Below are positions 20,401-29,088 of a stretch of DNA of 64,000 nt, one piece after another. Position 1 is the first letter of the stretch; the number at the start of each line of letters is the position of its first letter. Location: contig CAVWLW010000027.1 of NCBI GenBank assembly GCA_963755715.1, forward strand, positions 192,001-256,000. Direction: 5' to 3'. The DNA comes from an uncultured delta proteobacterium (GTDB lineage: Bacteria; Desulfobacterota; Binatia; UBA9968). The position numbers and the translations under genes were made by a program. Below the pieces are notes generated by a model, which worked only from the letters and a program-made list of their open reading frames with translations, was not told where the DNA came from and did no database searches.

Positions 20401-21333
20401 TTATTGATAGAGTTTTCGGATATAGCCGCTGTCATCGATCTCCTTGACGTAGTGCAAATCCCACAGCGCCAGCGGGTTGAATTCCTTGATCTCCGGATCG
20501 CGCTTCACGCCGAGCGCGAAGACGTTTTGAATAGCCTCGATGGACGGATACGGAGCTTTCTCCAGCGAGTCGGCTTGGTTTTCGTAGAAACAATCCCACT
20601 CCTGGTCATCGTGCATTTTGAGCAGCTGGGAGCAATGTTTTTTAATAATAGCGATGGTGTCGGCTTTCTTGGTTTTGAAAAAATGAGTGCCGTCGATCAG
20701 CGCCATAATCAGGGATCGGCACTCGTCTTCGTGTTTACTCACATACGTGGTCGTCGTCGTCAGCGTCACGCCTTCGATCATCGCCATCGGCGGCACTTCG
20801 ACGATCTTGGCGTTGAATTTGAGCGCGCGCAGGCGATCCACGGCGCGAATAAAAGTGGCGTCGTATTTGCCTTCAGTAACGGCCTTGGCCCGTTCTGCGC
20901 CTTTGACTGGGTCCGTGACCAGTTCGACGTCGCGCCCTTCTTCCAAGCCATGTTGTTTAAGATACAGCCAGACGTTTAAGCCGGTATGGCCGTCATAATC
21001 GTCCATGGCGACGCGCTTGCCTTTTAGATCCTTGAGGCCCTCAATGCCTTTACCGCAAACAAGATAATTTTCCCGCCAGGCATTGTTGCTCTGCGCGATG
21101 TGCACGTAGGGATCGCCGTAGAGCGCCTTGCGCACGTACAAATTGTGATGATTGCCCGAGACGACATCGAGGTCACCCGCCTTCAACCCGTCCGCCGCGC
21201 GTTTGCGCTGCCCTTCGAGCGAGCCCATCTCCATTTCCAATCCGTGCTTCTCCAGAAACCCGCCTTCCTCCATCACTTTCCACAGCGGTACGTGACTCGG
21301 CGCCCGATAATGAATTTTGATTTTCTTAGCCAT
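20401..21333 (-). CDS. NitT/TauT (NMT1/THI5-like) periplasmic-binding-fold protein lacking a signal peptide
   Basis: GFLEKHGLE, LKDLKGKRVA, C-terminal EIDDSGYIRKLY; N-terminus MAKKIKIHYRAPSH has no hydrophobic h-region. Confidence 0.78.
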   Translation of the reverse strand: MAKKIKIHYRAPSHVPLWKVMEEGGFLEKHGLEMEMGSLEGQRKRAADGLKAGDLDVVSGNHHNLYVRKALYGDPYVHIAQSNNAWRENYLVCGKGIEGLKDLKGKRVAMDDYDGHTGLNVWLYLKQHGLEEGRDVELVTDPVKGAERAKAVTEGKYDATFIRAVDRLRALKFNAKIVEVPPMAMIEGVTLTTTTTYVSKHEDECRSLIMALIDGTHFFKTKKADTIAIIKKHCSQLLKMHDDQEWDCFYENQADSLEKAPYPSIEAIQNVFALGVKRDPEIKEFNPLALWDLHYVKEIDDSGYIRKLYQ

Positions 21334-21361
21334 CACTCTTCCACCTTTCCTGGTTTTTCAC

Positions 21362-21405
21362 TAAACGATTTGAACGGCTGAACCCTTTGAACGTTTTGAA
21401 CGACT
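21362..21405. repeat. Short tandem nonamer repeat (TTGAACG core)
   Basis: taaacgatt-tgaacggc-tgaaccctt-tgaacgttt-tgaacgact. Confidence 0.75.
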
Positions 21406-22495
21406 ATTTTCCTTTTAGCACTTGCCATACTTTCTCACGATTCTCCTGGCGGCCGGTGACGATCCAATTCCAATCGGTATCGTCGAAATATTTAACGCCC
21501 TTCTTCGGTAAATTGCCGGGATTCAGATTCGCTTCGTCGATATCCGTGCGCAGGCTAACGGAGCCGAAGCCGCGCGCATAAGTGCCGAGCCCCTCTTTGG
21601 ATAGAATCCAGTTGGCGAAAAGTTGCGCTGCTTTCGGATTGGGCGCCTTGTTCGCGAGAGTCAACATCCACGGCGAACCGTTGACCGACCCGGGCATATC
21701 GGCGAGCGAAAATATTTCGAGAATCTTGAAGCCGTCTTTTATCAATGGCCGGACGTCGTCCTCGCGGCAACTGAGACAGATCGGCTGCGTGCCGCGCGCC
21801 AACCAGTCGCTCATCTGCCTGCGATCACGCGTGCGCACGGCCTTTTGCTCGATATAAAGTTTGCGGACGAAATCTTCGCCGAAGTCATGATAAAACCTGG
21901 CCGCGGCGTTGGCGCCCGAGCCGGTGGTCGTCGGGTCTTCGGTGGAAATCTTGCCGCGCCATTTGGCATTGAGCAGATCTTTGGCCGCGCGCATCTCTTC
22001 CGGCTTCACCTGATCGGTGTTGATGAACAACAAGGTCGCCACGCTGCTGAAAGCGCGCGCGACGAAACGCTCTTCGGGATCGGCGAACCAGATTTTGCCC
22101 TGTTTCCATTTCGTGGCGTCGGTAACTTCCGGCATGATCAGAAGCGGTTTGAGAGGATCGATCAACTTTTCGCCGTAGAGCGTCGTGGCCGTGGTATCGG
22201 GCCCGGCGAGAAAAACATCGACACTGTAAATACCCGAGCCGCGCTCGGTTTTGATCCGCGCCGTGATTTCACTCGAGCGGCCGGCGATAAACTCGATGGG
22301 AATGCCGTAGCGTTCTTTGAATTTCGGTATCACGTCGTTGCGCATGACCGGATCGGGAGAGCCGGCGACAACGACTTTGCCTTCTTTTTTCGCCGCCTCG
22401 ACGACGGCATTCCATTCTTTGTCGCTCGCCTTGGTTTGCGCAAATCCAGGCGCGCTCCATCCGAGCATTGCGATGATTAGGATAAGCCAAGCCAT
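21404..22495 (-). CDS. ABC transporter substrate-binding protein, Fe3+-like family
   Basis: Own signal peptide MAWLILIIAMLGWSAPGFA-Q with GGGG RBS; AAKKEGKVVV, APNPKAAQLFANWILS. Confidence 0.85.
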   Translation of the reverse strand: MAWLILIIAMLGWSAPGFAQTKASDKEWNAVVEAAKKEGKVVVAGSPDPVMRNDVIPKFKERYGIPIEFIAGRSSEITARIKTERGSGIYSVDVFLAGPDTTATTLYGEKLIDPLKPLLIMPEVTDATKWKQGKIWFADPEERFVARAFSSVATLLFINTDQVKPEEMRAAKDLLNAKWRGKISTEDPTTTGSGANAAARFYHDFGEDFVRKLYIEQKAVRTRDRRQMSDWLARGTQPICLSCREDDVRPLIKDGFKILEIFSLADMPGSVNGSPWMLTLANKAPNPKAAQLFANWILSKEGLGTYARGFGSVSLRTDIDEANLNPGNLPKKGVKYFDDTDWNWIVTGRQENREKVWQVLKGK

Positions 22496-22515
22496 AATGC
22501 CCCCACGGTCATGTA

Positions 22516-24247
22516 TCATTGCAGCCCCGATAACTGAAGACCCAAACGCCGGCCGATCAGCATCATGGCGCAGATCATCGCCGTGATCAGCAGGCCGAGA
22601 GCGGCGCCCCGTTCTAACTCGCCGGTCACGCTGTATTCGAGCAGCAAAATCGCCAGGGGCCTCGACTGGTGGCTGTAGAGCAGCACCGGCGTGCTGATGC
22701 TGGTCAAGGCGCCGCCAAAATTCATCAAGCCGACTGCGCCGGCGATCGGCGCCAAGAGCGGCAGCAGAATTTTTCGGTAGGTATACCACCACGACGCGCC
22801 GGTTACGCGCGCCGCTTCTTCGAGGTCCGCGACCGAGCTGCAAATATCCCGCTCTGAATGCTTGAGTGGTCACCGGACTGTCGCTCACCATGAGCGCCAG
22901 GGCGATGCCCCAAACCGTGCCGTAGAATAGAAAGCGCAGCGGTGTGGCGAGAAACAACCACAGAATCCCGAGCCCAAGGAGTATGCCCGGCAGAATATGC
23001 GGCAACCAGCAAAGCCCTTCCAGCAGCGGCGCCGCAACCGCGCGGCGCGATACCAGTAAGTAAGCGACCGTGGAGTAGAGCACGATGCCGCCTACCGCCG
23101 TGATCGAGGCGATGATCAAACTATTTTTCAACGACAAGAGAAAAATCGGATCGCTGAGAAGATCGCGCCAATGCGCCAGAGTAAACGGCGAGTTGATATT
23201 GAAGAAACCGTAGCGGCGCATGAACGAGCCGATGATGAGAAATATCAAAGGCAGCACGGTCATGACCGCAATATAAAAAAGGCAACCCGCCAGCGCGACC
23301 CAGCGCCACTTGCCGAGCTTAACGCGCAAGGTCGAATAACCTTGGCCCGTGACCACGGTAAATTGCCGCTTGCCGCGAAGAAAGCGCCAGTAGAGAAACA
23401 GCAGCGCGCCGAGAGTGAGGATGAAGACGGAACCGAGCGCCGTCGCTTCGCCGTACGAAGAGGGCTCGCGGTGGATGTAGTCATAAATCCGCGTCGAGTA
23501 AACGTAGATCCCCGCGGGGGTGCCGAGCAGAAGCTCGGTGTTGAACGATTGCAGACCGCGAATGAAACTCAACACCGAGACCGCCAAAATCATCGGCGAT
23601 AGCAATGGAATCGTTATGCGCCAAAGCATCGTCGCCGTGTTGGCGCCGGCGACTCGCGCCGCTTCTTCCAGCGCCGCGCCGAGACGGCGAAACACCGGCG
23701 TCAAGAGAATCACCTTAAACCAGATACCGCCCGCCGAAGTGTGCACCCAGACGATGCCCCAGAAGCTGTACGGATTGAACAGCGGCCCGTCGACGAACGG
23801 CAGATGACGCGCCAATGTGTTGAGGAAGCCGTAATTAGGATCGAGAAGCAAAATCCACGCAAGCGTCAGCGGGAAATCCGGAATAAAGTACGCAACCCAG
23901 CAAAAAAACTCGATGGCGTTGCCACCCGGCATGTCGGTGCGCGCGATCAACCACGCGAACATCACGCCAATCATGATCGCGGGAATCAGACGCGCCACGG
24001 CAAGAAGGAAACTCATCCAAAGCGCGCTGATCGTCGTCGGATCGTTGAACGCGCGGAGCCAATTATCAAATCCATACGCGGCCGCTCGCCCTGGCTGCGC
24101 TAAATTGAAGCTGCCGGTAAGCAGAAACAGAAGCGGCAGTCCCGTCACCACCGCGAAGAGCAAGAGCATTGAGAATTCCGCCACACGAATCGGGCGCAGG
24201 CGAAATCTCGGCCGCGGTAGCTCTAGAGTCGAAGCCGGGATGCTCAT
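22516..24247 (-). CDS. ABC transporter permease, FbpB/ThiP type with two EAA loops (frameshift near 22830)
   Basis: RTDMPG, LEEAARVAGA, TVVTGQG; true C-terminus is in ORF 22516-22755. Confidence 0.87.
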
Positions 24248-24254
24248 CAAAGCC

Positions 24255-25343
24255 TCAGCGCGGATGAATAGTCACGGCGCTCGGATCGAAGCTCAGTCGG
24301 ACTTTGGCGCCGATTGGGTAACGGTCTCGCTTGGGAGCGGACAGAACTAAAACTGCGCCCGCCGCCCGCACATAGTACTCGAAGCGGTCGCCGAGATAAT
24401 CCACTTGTTCGACGGTCGCGTCGATCTGATTCGATGCAGGTTCCGCCGGCGGAAGAATTTCGATATCCTCCGGCCGCGCGATCAGCCGCACTGGCGCGCC
24501 ATCGCGCAACGAGTCGGTTGAATATGCGCTAACCGCAAGGCGCCCGCCGCCAGTCAATTCAATCCATTGGCCGCCAACTGGTTTCCTCAGCGCTCCGTCG
24601 AGCGTAACCGTCCGGCCGAGAAACTCGCCCGCAAACGTGGTCGCCGGTTTCTCGTAAACCTCCTCAGGCGATCCCACTTGTTCAAAGCGGCCCCGATTGA
24701 CCACCGCGATGCGATCCGACAGCGTCATCGCTTCGGTCTGGTCATGGGTCACATAGAGAATCGTCAGCGTCAGTTTCCTCTGCAGCGCGCGCAGCTCGAA
24801 ACGCATCTGCTCGCGCAGCTTGGCGTCGAGATTCGACAGCGGTTCATCGAGCAGCAATACGGCGGGCTCGTACACCAGCGCCCGCGCTAACGCGACCCGC
24901 TGCTGTTGCCCACCGGAAAGTTGCGTCGCGCCGCGATCAGCAAAGCCATCGAGACCAACACTCTCCAGCGCATGATCGACCCGTTGTCGAATTAAGTCGG
25001 CGGATTCACGTCGCACCCGAAGCGGAAATGCAACGTTTTCGAATACCGTGAGGTGCGGCCAGATTGCGTAGGATTGAAAGACCATTCCAAGTTGGCGCTT
25101 TTCCGGCGGCAGAAACAGTCCCCGTTGCGGCGCCGCGACGATCTTGCCGTCGATGTAAATCTCCCCGTCGTCCGGCTCTTCCAGTCCGGCCACCAAGCGC
25201 AGCGTGGTCGTCTTGCCGCAGCCGGACGGACCGAGCAGAGTAAAAATCTCACCACGCTGAACGGCAAAATTCACACCGTCTACCGCGTTGACGGTCCCGA
25301 AGCGTTTGATGACGGCACGAAATTCGAGAACCGGCGGAGCCAT
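24255..25343 (-). CDS. ABC transporter ATP-binding protein (FbpC/PotA type, TOBE domain)
   Basis: GPSGCGKTT, LSGGQQQRVALARAL, LLLDEPLSNLD, VTHDQ. Confidence 0.95.
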   Translation of the reverse strand: MAPPVLEFRAVIKRFGTVNAVDGVNFAVQRGEIFTLLGPSGCGKTTTLRLVAGLEEPDDGEIYIDGKIVAAPQRGLFLPPEKRQLGMVFQSYAIWPHLTVFENVAFPLRVRRESADLIRQRVDHALESVGLDGFADRGATQLSGGQQQRVALARALVYEPAVLLLDEPLSNLDAKLREQMRFELRALQRKLTLTILYVTHDQTEAMTLSDRIAVVNRGRFEQVGSPEEVYEKPATTFAGEFLGRTVTLDGALRKPVGGQWIELTGGGRLAVSAYSTDSLRDGAPVRLIARPEDIEILPPAEPASNQIDATVEQVDYLGDRFEYYVRAAGAVLVLSAPKRDRYPIGAKVRLSFDPSAVTIHPR

Positions 25344-25391
25344 AACAATCGATCAAAGCGTTACTCTTGGACCCTGCTATTCGCTTTCCGA

Positions 25392-25436
25392 CGATTTGAA
25401 CGACTTGAACGTTTTGAACGATTGGAACGCGTTGGA
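25392..25436. repeat. Short tandem nonamer repeat (same family as 21362-21405)
   Basis: cgatttgaa-cgacttgaa-cgttttgaa-cgattggaa-cgcgttgga. Confidence 0.78.
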
Positions 25437-25439
25437 GAC

Positions 25440-26168
25440 TTATTCCTCATCGAGCAGCTTACAGTAATAGCGCCAGTTGGAATTGGCATGCACCCCTTTG
25501 CTGTCACTGCGCGACTTGCCGACGAGAATTTCAATGTCTTCCTGTGGAATCGGTTGCGGCGTGCCAAGCAGCGAAGCTTGGTAGTTGATCACCGCTGCGT
25601 CATTGAGTTTGATCGCCGTAAGCGTCGCGTCTTCGATACTCGGCCCCGCGCTGGTGATCCCATGGCCGCGCATGAGGCAGGCTTGCTTCTTGCCCATCGC
25701 GTTTGCGAATTCTTCGCCGAGCTTTTCACTGGATACAGTAATGCTTCTGGGGTAAGTCGCCAGTCCTTCCACCAGCAGGCGGAGACCAGACGGATCGTAC
25801 GCGCCGAAGAGAGGTTGCAAAGGCTTGCCGCAAATCGTGAACAGCACAACGGTCAACGGATGCACATGCACGACGCATTCAACATCCGGCCGCGTCTTAT
25901 AGAGCCAAGTGTGGATGAAGACTTCCTGAGGCACATCCAGGCCGTCGTCGCCCGCCAGTTTCTTGCCGTTGAAATCGACGGTGATGATATCGCGCGCGCT
26001 CACGAAACGCAGACCCGATTCCTCGGGCCCGCGCGCTTTGATGAGAACTTTGTCCTCGCCCGGCACGCGCGCGCTGACGTGGCCGCTGGGCTCTTTTGTA
26101 AGGTTAAGTTTGCCGAGGACACGGCAAGACTGGGCAACCAACTCGCGCAACTTTGTTTGATCTGCCAT
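25440..26168 (-). CDS. Class II aldolase/adducin family protein
   Basis: SGHVSAR, PQEVFIH, HVHP, LMRGHG (all three metal His retained). Confidence 0.9.
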   Translation of the reverse strand: MADQTKLRELVAQSCRVLGKLNLTKEPSGHVSARVPGEDKVLIKARGPEESGLRFVSARDIITVDFNGKKLAGDDGLDVPQEVFIHTWLYKTRPDVECVVHVHPLTVVLFTICGKPLQPLFGAYDPSGLRLLVEGLATYPRSITVSSEKLGEEFANAMGKKQACLMRGHGITSAGPSIEDATLTAIKLNDAAVINYQASLLGTPQPIPQEDIEILVGKSRSDSKGVHANSNWRYYCKLLDEE

Positions 26169-26349
26169 AAAATTTATTCTCCGCTATTCTTGAATTTGAT
26201 CGTCACGGAAAGCGACTGGATCATAGCCTCGGTCAAATGCCAAGGCAAGCTAAGAGTTGGATCGGGCGCGCGGGAAACCGGGCGGATGATCGCGATTGAA
26301 TTCGGCGTTCGTTGAGAAAATCCCGAGTAGCAGACTCTGGACTCGAAGC

Positions 26350-26393
26350 AAAAACAACCGAGCCCCTCGGAGGGGGATCGAGGAGCTCGGTTG
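26350..26393 (-). terminator. Rho-independent terminator after the Rieske oxygenase
   Basis: Minus strand CAACCGAGCTCCTCG-ATCCCCCTC-CGAGGGGCTCGGTTG-TTTTT. Confidence 0.8.
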
Positions 26394-26398
26394 GAGCG

Positions 26399-27565
26399 TT
26401 ACTGATTGACGGCGCGCGGCGCGCGATCGTCGCCGATTTGCGCGATGGACTCCAGCAAATGGGTGTCGATGAATGGATTGTTCGCCGCATCGCGAACGAT
26501 GCCCAGAGGATCTTGACCCTGCCTCACCTTTTTCAATTCACGGAACATCACTTCGCGCAGCAGGATGACGCCACGATCCGAGCTGGTCAGCCGTTCGGTT
26601 GTGCGGTCCGCGATCGGCCCCTGAGTTTCCCAGGCCATATGGTCTTGGGCCTGCACCATATCCATGCGGAATTTCGTGTAGGGATGGAGCGCGTCGGGAG
26701 GATTCTTGTACGGCTTGATATATTCCACGGGCGGCTCGTCGTTCTCCACAATCTCGCCGTTTTCAGCCGGGAAAAAGCGCACGAAGTAAACTTTTGTGTG
26801 TGTATCATCCATCGGTACGCGAATTTGACCGACGTTTCCCTGGCGCAATATATTCGGGAAGATCACCGGATGCTCGTCGATCATGCCGTTTTTGTACGTC
26901 CGACGTTTCATGAGTCCATAAGAGACCTCGTAAAAGTCGAATTCCTGAACGTCATCCGTGAGTCCGCGCGTGCTGTCTTGAATCGGCCGGCCGCGATTGG
27001 CCGTATCCTGATGGAGAATCTGCAGATGCGCCGGGTCCATGGAATTCTCCATCGCTTGAAACCAATTGCAGTCGAGTTGCGGTTGAATGAAGATTTTTCG
27101 GTGACCATCCTTACGATACCAAACATCGAAGTTTGGGATCAGCGGCAGCGGCTGTGGCCCCAGGTAGGCCCAGTAAAGACCGACTAATTTTTGCACTGGA
27201 TAGGATTTTTGTTTTACGGTCAGGTGAAATTTGCTTTCGGCGGGTTCAGCGGGCGTCTCCAGACAGTTTCCCTTGGTGTCGTACAGCCAGCCATGGTAAG
27301 GGCAAGCGATGCCTCGTTCCTCGACGCGTCCATAACAAAGTGACGCGCCGCGGTGCGAGCAGCGATCGTTTAACAGACCGACGTTGCCTTTCTTGTCGCG
27401 AAACAGCACCAGCGTCTCGCCGAGAATCCGCACGATTTGCGTGGGGCTTTCAGCGGTAAGCTCGCTCGCGACACCGACGGGAAACCAATAGCGCCGCAAC
27501 AGTTCTCCGGCGGGGGTCCCCGGTCCCACACGGGTGATCATCTCATTTTCTTCTCTAGTAAGCAT
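26399..27565 (-). CDS. Rieske non-heme iron oxygenase, phthalate 4,5-dioxygenase/LigXa-like
   Basis: REENE..TRVGPGTPAGELLRRYW; Rieske CSH...CPYH; mononuclear Fe site ENSMDPAHLQILH; QDHMAWETQG. Confidence 0.92.
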   Translation of the reverse strand: MLTREENEMITRVGPGTPAGELLRRYWFPVGVASELTAESPTQIVRILGETLVLFRDKKGNVGLLNDRCSHRGASLCYGRVEERGIACPYHGWLYDTKGNCLETPAEPAESKFHLTVKQKSYPVQKLVGLYWAYLGPQPLPLIPNFDVWYRKDGHRKIFIQPQLDCNWFQAMENSMDPAHLQILHQDTANRGRPIQDSTRGLTDDVQEFDFYEVSYGLMKRRTYKNGMIDEHPVIFPNILRQGNVGQIRVPMDDTHTKVYFVRFFPAENGEIVENDEPPVEYIKPYKNPPDALHPYTKFRMDMVQAQDHMAWETQGPIADRTTERLTSSDRGVILLREVMFRELKKVRQGQDPLGIVRDAANNPFIDTHLLESIAQIGDDRAPRAVNQ

Positions 27566-27650
27566 AACCAAATCCTCCGACTTCGATGTCGAGCGCTATT
27601 TTTCTCCCGCTTAGCTAAAGCCTCATCGCTCCCAAATCATAATCGAATTG

Positions 27651-27704
27651 GAACTCTTTAGGCAAGAGTTCTATGCGAAAAAACCAAGAAAAATCAATAA
27701 CTTA
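27651..27704. promoter_or_regulatory. Operator-like palindrome plus IHF site upstream of the Rieske oxygenase
   Basis: GAACTCTT-taggc-AAGAGTTC (27651-27671) and AATCAA-TAAC-TTA (27692-27704). Confidence 0.5.
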
Positions 27705-27855
27705 TGTTAGGTATGGAATTTTTAGACGTTAACGATCGGAGGATCGACGATTGTCCGGGTGGCGGCGTCAATACTGAACTGCAAACCCATCTGCGGGGAA
27801 AATTTAGTGATCTGAAATGGCCGGAACGGAGAGCCAAAGAAAGGTCGTCGAGAAT

Positions 27856-29040
27856 TCAGCGCGCGGCACGGCTCAGCGTCGCTCTTGTGTCCGACGCGGC
27901 GAAGAGGCCGATTCGCTCGTTGATCACACCGAGATCAATCAGCTGGTTTCTTTCGGGGTCGCGGATAATCCCAAGAGGTTCGAGCCCTTGCTGGACGCGC
28001 TCGATTTGCTCGCGCAGAAGTTTTCTGAGCTCGATCACTCCCTCGTCGCCGACACCGAGGTGTTCTCGGGCGCGGTTGGCGAGTAACCCTTGAGTTTCCC
28101 AGGCCATCGAGTCCTGCGCCGACACCATGTTCATCTTGTACTCTCGCGGTCCGGTCTTGAGCGGCGTGAAACGAAACGGCACCGGCGCGTCCGCGGGCGA
28201 GCGTTCGGTCTCTGACGGAACGAAATTTACGCGAAAAACCTGCGTGTGAAAGTCGTCCACTGGCACGCGGATCTGTAAGTTGTGACGATGTCCATTGCCC
28301 TCATTGAACGGCGCCACATGGCGCAGCACCGAGGGAAATAGCAGCGGATGTTCATCGACAGCGGGCTCCGCGCCGGTCGCCAGCGGCAGAGTCGTGCGCC
28401 GTTTTTTGATGCCGTATTCGAAGCGAATGAATTCATGCTTCTCGGCGTATTTTTTTACGCGCGGCGCGAGATGCGCCGTGTCGCCGTGCAGCCAATAGAG
28501 ATGCGACGGGTCGACGGAGTTTTCCATCGGCTGCAGCCAGTTGCACTCGATGATCGATTCCTTGACGATCCAACGTTTGCCATGCTCCCACACCAACACA
28601 TCCCAGCGCGGCAAGAGCGGCACCGGCGCCGGACCCAAATACGCGTAAATCAGCCCGCCGAGGTACTCGACCGGATAAGCAACATGTTTGATGCGGTCTT
28701 TGAACGTGCTGTCCGCCGGCTCCGCCGGCTGTTCGAGACATTTGCCCGTGCAATCGAACTTCCAACCGTGGTACGGGCAACGAATTCCCTCGTCATCGAC
28801 GCGGCCGTAGGCAAGTGAAGCCGAGCGATGCGGACAATGCTCGCCGACTAAACCGTAGTTGCCTTTCTTGTCGCGATAGACAACCAATTCCTCGCCGAGA
28901 ATTTTCACAGGGCGAATGGGTTTTTCTTCCGTGAATTCTCCCGCCGCCGCCACCGGGTGCCAATAACGGCGCAGCAGTTCGCCGCACGGCGTGCCGCGGC
29001 TGACTTGAGTTAGAAATTCGTTTTCTTCACGTGTGAGCAT
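27856..29040 (-). CDS. Rieske non-heme iron oxygenase, phthalate 4,5-dioxygenase/LigXa-like (paralog)
   Basis: GTPCGELLRRYW; CPH...CPYH; ENSVDPSHLYWLH; QDSMAWETQG. Confidence 0.92.
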   Translation of the reverse strand: MLTREENEFLTQVSRGTPCGELLRRYWHPVAAAGEFTEEKPIRPVKILGEELVVYRDKKGNYGLVGEHCPHRSASLAYGRVDDEGIRCPYHGWKFDCTGKCLEQPAEPADSTFKDRIKHVAYPVEYLGGLIYAYLGPAPVPLLPRWDVLVWEHGKRWIVKESIIECNWLQPMENSVDPSHLYWLHGDTAHLAPRVKKYAEKHEFIRFEYGIKKRRTTLPLATGAEPAVDEHPLLFPSVLRHVAPFNEGNGHRHNLQIRVPVDDFHTQVFRVNFVPSETERSPADAPVPFRFTPLKTGPREYKMNMVSAQDSMAWETQGLLANRAREHLGVGDEGVIELRKLLREQIERVQQGLEPLGIIRDPERNQLIDLGVINERIGLFAASDTRATLSRAAR

Positions 29041-29088
29041 GGTTCTTTCTCTTACTCTTAAATGCAAAGTTACAACAATGCAAAACCG

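Noticed and set aside
21404-24250. 948-aa permease-SBP fusion in the ORF track
   Set aside because: An indel near 22830 shifts the frame; the true permease C-terminus is in ORF 22516-22755 and the SBP has its own RBS, ATG (22495) and signal peptide.
9411-25436. CRISPR array
   Set aside because: The repeats are 7-9 bp units without unique spacers, and there are no cas genes.
25053-27187. Long plus-strand ORFs (420 aa and 291 aa) and similar antisense ORFs throughout
   Set aside because: Shadow frames opposite well-supported genes in GC-rich DNA; no motifs or RBS.
27660-27682. Sigma54 promoter for the Rieske oxygenase (TCGCAT...TTGC next to an IHF site)
   Set aside because: No GG at -24 and the spacing is two bases too long.
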